From Obrimoposthia wandeli (Eukaryota), in assembly GCA_977020255.1 (NCBI GenBank), contig CDROCS010001088.1, positions 1 to 64,000 of the forward strand: a stretch of 64,000 nucleotides of DNA. The letters run 5' to 3'. The stretch's first letter is position 1, and each line of letters begins with the position of its first letter. Positions 1 to 11,300 of this stretch are shown one piece after another. Position numbers and translations under genes: made by a program. The notes below the pieces were generated by a model. The model did no database searches, was not told where the DNA came from, and saw only the letters and a list, made by a program, of their open reading frames with translations.

Positions 1-1705
1 GAGGCATAGCTATCGCTGTGGATGACGGCATCAGTTTATCTCAAAATTATTTACTGGATAAAATAAAAAATAAAATAAATTTAATTATAATTTTAATAAG
101 TAATCAGAAAAATTGTAATAAAAGAAAGTACCTGATGAAGCTGAATCAACTGTAGCTGGTTAAGTCCTCTTCATTGAAGGAATCATCAGCTGGTCTATTA
201 ACTTGACGAAATCAGATTCCTCGAAAGGTCTCCAACCAGCTGTTGTCGCTCTACTGAGGCTGCTCCATCTCAGGAAATCTGACTGGGTGATATTTTCCAT
301 CAGTCATTGTTCAAAGAAGTGGAGTCCTCATTGCCAAGAATTGTCTAAGTCCTCAAAATCTTGATTCAAAAGATTGTTCATTTGTATTTGTTAATGGATG
401 AAAATTTTTATTTTTATAAATAATGAATTTCTCCAATTAGAAGAATTGTTTATTTACATATCAAGTAATATCACAATGGGCACCAAACATTTTTATATAC
501 ATCACCATGATCACGATATGGACAACTTAAAATATTTCGTGGAATTTTCAATAGATGATCACGTATTGAAATATTTAAGGTATTCAATCTCAATTTTGGA
601 AAATATATTTTTAAGTCTTATACTTTTTGCCATCCATTCTATCTAAAACATAAAAAATTCAATTACATTTTCAATATCAAATTAGATTTAATTGTATCAA
701 AATACATATTCACAAAAGCCTCAAACTGCTTCGTTCGGTTGCATTATTGCTATTTTAATTAATGAAAATACTTAGTTAGCTATAAATTGGCTTAAATTTT
801 TTCTTATAATCTAAACTCCCTAAACTGGATATCTACATGAAATATGAAATGCAAATTATGAAAAACGTTGCATATAGCCATAATTCTTTTATAATATAAT
901 CTCCATTTTATTAATTTTTTTTGCCTCAAAGTCTGAATGGTTCAGGCACCGTATTGTCGACTATCGGGTTGGGTAAAGGATAACCAACGAGGCAGCACTC
1001 ATCCTCGTCAATACTGCCACAATCGACTCGTTTGCGCCTGGGGCTCCGATGCTTGGCTTTCTTATCCATTCGTCGATAAGATAGGTCAAAGTCCTCCTCC
1101 CCATCTGACAGTACGTCATCGGTGAACAACTCCTCGTCTGAGTCTGGTACGAAGAATTTTCCGGCTGAGACAGCGGAATCAATTTCTGATGGTGTTTAAT
1201 TGCCTCAAATTGTCGAAGAGATTGGATCTCCTTGCTGCTACTGCCAAGAGAAGTTGCGCTGGACAGTGGCTTCTGTATTCTGCCCGGGGAGTACAGTCTT
1301 ACCAATTCTCAATCAGATCATACTAGTCAGGTCGATATATTGGGGATCTCTGTACCCCCACCTCTCATGTCTATTGATTCTTCTCTCTCAGAGTTGAGCT
1401 GGTCAATGGCGATTCCTTCTAGTAACAGATCCGATCTTGCTGCTGCTTGCTCCTTCGCCTCATTCGCTCACCACCCATTGAGTCTTGACTAAGTAATTCA
1501 ATGTACTGCGACAGTACGTGGCGTTCGCTGCTGTACTGGAGATAGATCCCCATACGGTTGAACTTCCATCTCTTCGTATGGAGTCTACGTTGTTGAAAAT
1601 AGGCATTCTTGATTATTGATTCTTGATTTTGATTTATAAGAAAATATTGAAAAGAGGTCTCCTTATATGCACACAAACATCAGACTAACCCTCTTTTGTC
1701 GTTTT

Positions 1706-1900
1706 AATGAGAGCGGAGTTATTCAAAATAATTTATTTGAAAAATCCGCAAACTTTTCTCCATTTTTAACTACGTTTGAATGCGAGAATGTCATTGGATA
1801 AAAATATATTTTGTTGAAATAGTATTATTTTCATAAGCTTTTTGTTGACTGAGTTCAACGTCAAATGAGAGCGTATTATTCAAATAATTTATTTGAAAAT
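1706..1900. repeat. Direct repeat pair (~40 bp)
   Basis: aatgagagcg..ttattcaaa(a)taatttatttgaaaa at ~1706 and ~1866. Confidence 0.65.
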
Positions 1901-2445
1901 TTTTAGTATTTTCTTAAGTTTGATGATGATTGAATACATGTATATCATTGGATTTAAAATAATAATATTTTCTTGACTGTGCATATTTGGAGGTATAATG
2001 CCAAGAGAAAACTAACCTTTTGAATGTATCAGGATATAAAAACACAAGACATTTTTTCGTGACCCAGTATATATATGGCCTATCAGGCACTTCCTCACTC
2101 TGTGGGACCACTATAGAGATTTTCAATTTTAAAGAGTGTTAAATGAGTTATTAATTTTTTTTCAGGTGTTAGGGGTGATAGAAAAATTCCTCCACACACA
2201 TGCACAGTTTTAAAAGGACTGATGGTAGCCTCCCTGGGAGAGAGTGTATTAGACCTGACACATCCACCTACTAATAATATACAAATGATAATAATATTAT
2301 ACAACAACATCAAATATAGAATCGGACAACAAAATAAATACTAATTAAATCTACTATTAACAAACAAAACTTGTTCATTTAAATTATTTATTATAACCGT
2401 AAAAGTTACGCTTTAAAATCTTACTAACCGATCTCTATTATCATC

Positions 2446-2525
2446 AAAATGGGGCTTTGATTTAAGATTAGTTTAACCTAAATGAGGTTTGATTTAGATT
2501 AGTTTTAACCTAAATGGGGTTTAGT
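2446..2525. repeat. Short tandem repeat (~34-bp unit, ~2.3 copies)
   Basis: tttgattta(a)gattagttt(t)aacctaaatg repeated. Confidence 0.7.
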
Positions 2526-4129
2526 CATTTAAAATAATTTGCCCACTTAGGTTCCATCGGAGTAACCCGTTAGTAGTAAGGTGTGTTGCCTGTTAGTAAT
2601 GTAAAGTTTTATACTTTCATATACTATATGACCTTTGCAAAAGTGGGATTTTGATGAGCCATGCATTTGCATAGGAAAATAATTTATGCTTCAAAATTAT
2701 AATTAACAGAAATCACATTTTTTTGTGGATTACTGCTTAAACGAAAGTTGAAAAACGTTTGAGCATACATGAAATAAATCGATATTTTCATTACTAATTT
2801 ATGTATAGTTCAGATTTTGATCTATGGTCTTTCTTTAAAAGTTATTCGTAAAAGGTGAATTATGAAATATGTATTATAATGATGTCACTTTTTAACTCTC
2901 TCAAATCATTATAAAGAATCATGCAGATAAAGAACTAAAAAAATAAAGAAGGTTGCATACAGTTGTCAGAAAATTATCAATAATAAAAATTGGCTCGAAG
3001 AGAAACAAGAGGAACAAAACTAAACGTCAATATCAAGTTCATGAATTAGTAGGAAGAGTTACAACCTTTTCTTTGAAACTTGAATTGTCGATGATCATCA
3101 GGTATCAGTTTAGTGAACTGTTAATCCTTTTTGTAGGTTCTCCGGATCAGTGTTAATTATCTCAGGGTTTTCATCAGAAGCCGTTTTCGTGGAAAAATTC
3201 AATGGATTCATTGTTCGAAATTTAAAAATAGTTAATATTCATACAGTAAATACAGATAGGTAGAGTTACGATTAATGCAATTTTTGGATTTGACTTTGGA
3301 CTTTGACTTTTGTTACATCAAATATTGAAGATGTTGTAGTAGATGAAGATGTTCGTTGAGTTTTGGTAGAGATATCTGACGGAATAATTGTTTTGATTCT
3401 ATTTTCGATTTCATTTCTTGGAAATATTCGGACAGTCAGAGTTATCGAATGGTGGTTTTGTGAGTGGTAGGCATCAGACTTGCAGTTTATTTATATATGA
3501 CAGTTTGTTCATTTTGATTTTTGGAGTATTTTCGTTGTCGTGGTTTTGTCTATCTAGGTTTTATATTGTGTATCATTACTTCTGTTATTGCTTACACAAA
3601 CTGTTGTTTTATTTGAGTTTTCCAATATATAAGTCATATTTTCTCTATTCTTGTGTCTTGCGATGTTAAAGTAAATACTTTCAGAGCATTGACGCACTCT
3701 TGTATAAAATACATCATTGTTATTTCGTAATGTAAGTTTTGTATTTATTCTTTTATTTATTGATTGTGGTATTTCTATTCGTAGGGTTGTGTGTTTATTT
3801 TGTAGATTATAAATGTTCAGTTCGTGATATATATCAGTACTAATGTTTAGATTTTTAGTGCCTATTGGGTTAAATTTATTCACGCTAAGTAAGCTTTTCT
3901 ACTCAATTATATATTTTTCTTGTACTGATTTTATATTTAAGTCTTTTTAGTTGATGTAAAAATTGTAATGTTCTGACAAAAAAAGGTGATTTATAAATTT
4001 TTATAACGGCCCACTAAAATAACCGCCCATGGGCGTTTAATTTAGGTAACATTTAATAAGGAATAAGTAAAAGATACAACAAAAAACTTATATTACAATC
4101 AACAAATTTTAGAATGTGTCATTTTAATT

Positions 4130-4720
4130 TCTTCCTCTGATGTAATATAACTTTCTTTAGTGTCATTTTCATATCCATCTATAGCAAAACATCACGGAGT
4201 CGAGAATTCAGAAGTTCGTGTTTCAAAGTTCAAATCCCCAAAGGCCGAAATTCCATAACTTTCAAAAAGTCCGTCCTATGGTTTCTTTATTAAGACTAGC
4301 GATACCATTAGCCACAATATTAATTATCTGTTCACTTGTTTGAACACTTGAATTCATCAGTTTCCATACATTGTGTTTTTGCAATTTCCAATGCTTGCTC
4401 TCGTTCATTTCGATAGTTATCAATATATTTATTTCCTCGTTGTTCTTTAACCCATTTTAATAGTTCCCCTTCTAAATCAATGTGCTGAACTCGACGACCA
4501 CCAGCACCAAATCTGCACCGTTTCTTGTCCAGTCGAGTTGGTAATTTCAGTTTCCATTTCTGATCATTTTCTGTCAATACCTAACGCCCTAGACACAGCA
4601 GGTAAATTACCCAACAGTTATTTCACTTTTCTTATAGCATTTGACTTATCATTGATTGTAAATGATCGTTGAACACGTTTTGATGTATTTGACTCCATTG
4701 ACTCCATATCGATCAATGGA
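4130..4720 (-). mobile_element. pogo-like transposase remnant (HTH/CENP-B region, DDE deleted)
   Basis: GAGGRRVQHIDLEGELLKWVKEQR..REQALEIAK..FKCSN matches the CENP-B-type HTH; stops and frameshifts. Confidence 0.75.
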
Positions 4721-4779
4721 TAAAAATAAAACAAATATTTATAACTTTATTTATATATAAAATGATGTTCAAGAAGTTA

Positions 4780-5050
4780 ATGACTAAAACTGAGACTATA
4801 TTATTTGAACATTAAACCATCACAAATCGTATTAAAGTAAAAAATTTTTTGATATGTCGGTGAAGATATTATTAAATGAAAAATTATATAAATACTTTGT
4901 TGGATCTTCGGTGAGAACTTGTAACAGTCATATCAAGAAGATGTATCTAATAATAAAATACATTTCTACTGAGATAACTACAATAGTAATGCATGCAATT
5001 ATTACATCAAGACTTGACTTTAAAATTCTTTATTGTTTAATATTCTAGTT
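4780..5050 (+). mobile_element. L2 LINE fragment
   Basis: KTETILF..HIKKMYLIIKYI..MHAIITSRLDF; similar to 38255-38560. Confidence 0.7.
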
Positions 5051-5355
5051 TATCATATAAATCACTTGCAAATAAATATTTCAAATAACAACAGAAAAAA
5101 GTTTGTGCTTTCAACTTTAATAATTTTCTAAGAAATGTTGAAACACTAAAAAAATGCAATATTTGAGAAACAAGTTCACAATTGTTAGATGTCCTTTACA
5201 TTTTACAATTTTTGAATGTTGATTTCTTTTATCGATCTATACATAAAAAATTTATAAAATGGTTACTCTAATATTTATTTATATTTTATTTGCTAATAAT
5301 GTTATGAAATGACAATTTAAAATTTATTTAATTTGTTTTAATATGTAAATGCATA

Positions 5356-5371
5356 GTTATTTAACGGCAAC
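5356..5371. promoter_or_regulatory. Imperfect RFX X-box-like motif just upstream of the CCDC175-like ATG
   Basis: gttatt-taac-ggcaac: both half-sites fit GTHNYY/RGNAAC but the spacer is 4 nt. Confidence 0.3.
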
Positions 5372-5377
5372 TATTTA

Positions 5378-8300
5378 ATGTCGGAAAAAAAGCAAAATCT
5401 GATCAAAAATTATGCATACGAAAAATTACTGAAAAGCTTAACCATTTCATAGAAGCATCAAAGACTCAACAAATATTTCTATCTCAAACGGACTTAATTG
5501 ATATAGACGAGTTAAAAAGACAGTGTTCAGGAATTAGTAAGAATTAGTAAACAAACAAACATAAAATGATCGTAATTTTTAGGAAAATGATCGCTTCAAA
5601 GCGCATGAAATATGGGAGATTGAATCTATCAAGACCGATTCATTAAGAAACAAGTTGAAAACATTTCCCTCCGAAATTTCAGATGAAATACAACGTTAGA
5701 TTCCATCACACTTATTTTATTCCAATACTTTCTTTCAGGAGCTATTAAAAGCGGCACGTGGTATGAATGAAGAAACCATTATGAATCTGAGAGAGAGACT
5801 GAAGAAAATAGACACAAATATCGATAAATACTCCTATTTTCTCGATCAATACAATCAGGAAAATGAGAAGTTAATGTAAGAATCTTGCTTTGTATTTTAA
5901 ACGTAAAATGTATAGATAAAATGCTTTCAAATGATATTCTTTGTGGTGTCAGCAATATTTTACAATCAATGGATTTATCTTTTTGAGGTTGTTGCCCGAT
6001 TTTGTAGCAGAAATAAATCTATAGTACTCAAGGTTGCTTTCGTCGTTTGATTTGTTAAAGCCGGTAAGCTAAAACTGTTTTACTAAATAACGATATGCTT
6101 AAGTAGTTTGACAAACAGAAAATGAATTACTACGTTCAACAAATCAAATATAAAGATGGAAAAGTTTATTATGGATGTTTGGAGAATGTTTAACTAAGCA
6201 GTACTAGCACTAACTAGAAATTCATTTCATTTAAGTCCAGAATAATACTTAAAATTACATAGAACTAAAAATAATCTGACCTGTATCGGAAAATAAATTT
6301 TCAAACTTTTTAAAAGGAATTATCCGGGCCTAAAAGGGATTTTAATGGTCTTTGTACGTCATCTCTTCCAGGCGGGATTGAATCAGGATTCTAAAAAAAT
6401 CACTGAGTAATAAAACCCCAGTCGAACTGAAAGTTTACCAGTAGGTTGTGATCGATGTCTGGAGATCTTTTTCGCACTAAAGCAGGAATAACCAGCATTT
6501 ATACATTTCTGCAACTAAATATCGAACTTTCAATTTCCCGCTCGCGCAACCACGAACACAAAAATACTGAAATTTGGCAAGTAAGTTGTGCGAAAATATC
6601 TCAAAGTAATTAATATTTGTGAATGACACTTTGAAAAAAGGAGACCAGACATCGATAACAATCTGCTTGCAAACTTTCAGTTCGATGGGACTTTTTACTC
6701 AGTGAAATAATCCCGGATGGAAAACATCAAGGTCAACCATTGACTAGGAAAGGGACAGTGGCCGTATTGATAAGAAAACACTAAATAAATGAAATGATCA
6801 GTTGGGGTTTCTCAAAATTGATATGCATATAAATAGGGTGTAACCTAACAATATGTTAGTGACATTATCAAACAAAAATCGCCATTGAATTATTATTTAC
6901 AAGCAGCAAATCCCGAGGAAACAGATGAAATAAAGAAAGAAAATCCCCAAAGTAACCGATCTGCATCCAATTGAGCATTACTGGGGAATGTTGCAAAGCA
7001 TAGTGTATGTCAATAGACGTGTTAATTTGTCGGCTCAAGCCATCGATTCGAAAGGTGGAGCAGGAAGTTATCCAACACATGATGGGAGTATTCGAAAGAA
7101 ACGTTTGTGGGGTTTCTGCAATGGCACACTTTCTTATCTAAACGTGATTTAAATGTAACACTTTTGTTATGTTTTTAGTTATTCTAATGGGAATAGAGAT
7201 CAATTCTCAACTAATTTGCAGGATAAATTCAAAACGAGGGCTGTCCAATTTTACACATAGATAGATAATGGGAAAATGTTAAACATCCTTAAATGTTTTC
7301 GTGCCAACTCAAAATAACCCTGTATTTACATAAATGACATGTTTTAATTTATCATCCATCAATTAATATGATGTGAATTTCTGTAAAAATTTAATGTTAC
7401 GAGTTTAATGAGGCTGATATCGAATCTTAGACGTAGAATATTATAAGTCTTTACCTAAAGTATCAATAACACTATACACAACAATAAAAGTATTATTAGT
7501 AAAATAGTATAAAATCTTATAATGGTGACTACATTATACAAACTTTCTTATGCATTGTGTTGCTGCAAATTTGTCAATTACACCTTCGAAATTAAGTGAT
7601 CGTACCGGTTCCTTTCAATACACATCATTGCTAGATAGTTCAATCTGTTTTGTCCTGATGCACTACGATAGTAATTTTCATTCCCTTCAATGCAGAAAAT
7701 GGTCGTTCTGCAGAACAATTCGTGCATGGCACGGAAAGAAATATTCGGTGTGCCATCACAAAATAGGTCAAAATATGTAGTTGCTTACAAAGTTCAGAAG
7801 GTCAGATAAGTGATCTGTATGCCAACGGTTCCATGATGTGTCGAAGACCTTCAAAACAAGATTTGCAATTGTCTTTGCAGTTGATGTGCAGACTGTTTTG
7901 ACTTCCTGGCTTGTCAGGGGAGGCCAAGTCTAATATTACTCGAAAGGTATCGGCAATATCTTTGTATGCCTTAGAACGACGCTCGAGGGCTGATGAAACG
8001 ATATCGCTTGCCACATAAAATACACCAATTCTAAATTAATCACCACTTGTAATTTGGATATTATCACAATTATCAGTTTCACCAAAGAATACTTCTCAAT
8101 TTTCTGTCTACCTTGCAGCTTATAAGTTTTAATTTCAGTCGGTTTCTTTGATTTCTTTTTTCATGTCAGTTAAGCAGTCACGAATATGTCCGACAAAAAT
8201 AATGTGATACTGGTATAAGTTCACCACTATTTAGATATGTATGTCCATAGATTAAAACTGTTTTCTGACATGTTTGAATCGACTCAGCCAAACATTCCTG

Positions 8301-11300
8301 TTCATGTTAAAACATAATTAATCATTTGCACTTTAATGCACAAATTCTGAACCACGTAATTACGTGTTTGAGGATTAGGTCAATTGGAAGCTGGCAAAAT
8401 CGGATTGTTGCACATTAGAGGGCGTATTGTTTGTCTGGCTATATATGTTGTACTTTGTGATAATAAAGTGCAGTTCAGTTTTGTCAGTCAGAGTTTTACA
8501 GTAGATTTGAAGAAAGAAATTTGTAATGAACACTAAAAGATGAAATTTTATGTACAATTCCACAATATCATCAATATTTTTGACTCTAAAGTGCTAAAGG
8601 TTCTGTAAAGTGATGCTTCCTCAGATCAAGTTTTTGTCTTCTCATCATAATCTTCAGAAATAGAGTAAAGTGATTTCAGAACCTCTGACCAATTCCAGTT
8701 TAAACTTTGACATGCATCACCATGTGCAGACCATTTTGTGTTCGTTAAACTCTTCGAATGCGGTTATGGGCCAATGATTAACTACCACCAAAAGAACGGC
8801 AAGGACCACATAATATACTAATTTTGGCTTTAGAATTTGATAACTAACTTATATCATGGACCTCTCCATTTGAAATTTGCGCTAGAATAAATCTTTTGAG
8901 AGTAGTCTATCTGCTTCAGAATAGTTCCATTTGATGTAAAGAAGTCCTCACACAATGCTGCTTTAGTCCATGGAGAAAACGTAATCTCTAGTAGAGTCAC
9001 AAATAATTCAGATGCCTGGATCACTTGATGGTAGATCATCCACTACCATATTGTCGGTGTTAGCTATAACTATGTCTTCTCGATAGTGCTAGAGGTGGAA
9101 GGCAGATCGTGCAGCACAGTATTGTCATCATCAGAAATATAATTAGAAACAGATTCCGCACCGTCAACTAGCGCCTAGGTGGTGTCAATTTCATAATCAT
9201 TCGTAGCATCTAGTTTGTCGTGGATGTTTGAAAAAATCCGTCTATTTAAGAGAGATTCGATTGCTTTCTGTTGTTGGACTTTCTTTTCCTGGACGGCATT
9301 TCAGTATGCTGTACTACTAAGTCTGTAATGCCCTTCTGACATGTCTTTGGGAAAGTAAAATATGAGATTTTAGATATAATTCAATATGGAAGTCAATATA
9401 ATATTAATTTTATCAAAATAAAATACCCATCTGCTTCTAATAATTCGACCAACAAAAATGTACAGTGCTTCTTGAAATACACTGTAAGATTGAAGACACC
9501 GTAAAAATTTGCTTGTTATATCTAAAATATTTCAAATTTATGTAATTTTATGTACAATGTACAAACAATCGAAAAAAACCCAGTTTGTTGATACATATTG
9601 TTGTATATTTCATATTTTATACATAAAGAAAAAGAAAAAACAAAGCATGAGAAAGAGTAATTATGACAGCAGCAATATTATAATTATATACTTAAAACAA
9701 ATGTAGTACGTCACAATGACGCGGATAAAGCAAATCCCTTAGTGTTTATGTTTCAAAAAAGCTTTTGAAATGTTCATCATAACAGTCTCGATCTTGCCAA
9801 AACTTCGTAGAATTTCGTCGGTGTAGCACATTCGAAGAATAATTGCCGTTTTAATATAGCTTGGCCCGTTTCGTGTAGGGTAACAGGTTTTTTGTTGTTT
9901 TTTAAATTTATTCTAGATGACATTAAAATTATAAAATGTCTGTCAGAATTTAAAATTACGAAATTTATTCAAAATAATAATTAATACGTGCTATTCTATT
10001 TGTTATTTCAATTTGCCAATTTAATTAATAGTCAAGTAGTTTAATTACTTTTTTCAAATTATATTTAGTTTTTTGTATTTTTTGTATTTTGAAAATTATA
10101 ATAAAAATTATCATATGTTTCGTACGAAGCATTCAAAAAATTATATTGTTAGTATATATAATACAATTTCTCTTTAGTACATATTACTTTTTTCTTATCT
10201 TTTAAATTAAATTTTATGATTTTCTATTTATTTAAGAACTAATTTACTCAAAAGCATTTATAATTTGTAATATTTTAGATAAGATAAGTATATTTGTTAA
10301 GCATAACTGGTGTTTGTGGCATGAATCGATTATCTTTAAGCCATTCTATTCGTTATTCCAGACCGCGTCTTGAGCACATGAAACTGAAACACGAAGAAAT
10401 TGTGGTACTGCTCAATCAACACTTATCTCTCAAGGCCGACAAGCAGATCGACCTTAACGAGATCAGAAATGAGATCCACAACGACAATGAACAGGTGCAG
10501 CACTGAAATTTTGCAAATGTTACACTCCCTGTAAATTAAAAAGTGAATAATTACAATATTGAGAAATGCTATGGTCGTAGTATGTGTGTACTTTTATACA
10601 AAGCTTAAGGTAGCAGTAAGGTTATAAATTCCGATTTTTTGGTACTTTCATGGTTTTGAGATTTGAGTGTTCCTTGATGTAAAAATTACCGTAGAATCTA
10701 ATTCCGATGGGAAAACAACGAAAAATCTCTCCGTTGAGTTATGGGGCAGAGTGTCACACCTGGTAGGTGGGCGTGGCTCCATAGCAACGCCTTTGGGCCT
10801 TAGAAACGCCTATTCATGCTTATTTCATTTCATTTTCAACAATGCAATTATTTTTGTCGATGACTATAGTCTATTTTGAGACCACACTTCTGTGGACAAA
10901 TCAACGACAAGCTTCGAGTGGGCCTGTTCCAGAATTAATATCGATTGTGGTATCCAACGACATTTTCCTCCTTTTCAATCCTTGATATCTCGAGTTTCTA
11001 GCAGTTTTTCATCCTCATTGTTATTTCGCATTGTGGAAAATATATTCCAGCAAAATGTCTCGGAAAGGGCGCGCAATTCGTCAGAAAAAGACATTCTTTC
11101 TATAAGAACGATAAACAGAAATTCCAAGATGGCGGCGCTCAGAATCATGAAGATGCTCAAGAAATGCTCCATACATCGGCTTCGAGTTGTACAATTCAAG
11201 CCCAAATGTGTATGAGAGTGGCGGATATTGAATGGGTTTTCTCATTTGTTTGCTGATTTTATCAATTTTAATATGTAACTAATGAACCAATTGATATGAA

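Noticed and set aside
1380-1470. AARSDLLL as a WDR46-like segment
   Set aside because: Only a short motif; the flanks do not match and frames are interrupted
2095-2313. Signal-peptide-like 72-aa ORF
   Set aside because: Hydrophobic N-terminus arises from AT-rich low-complexity sequence; no splice or homology support
2950-3900. Asn/Ile/Lys-rich ORFs
   Set aside because: Composition-driven; no recognisable motifs
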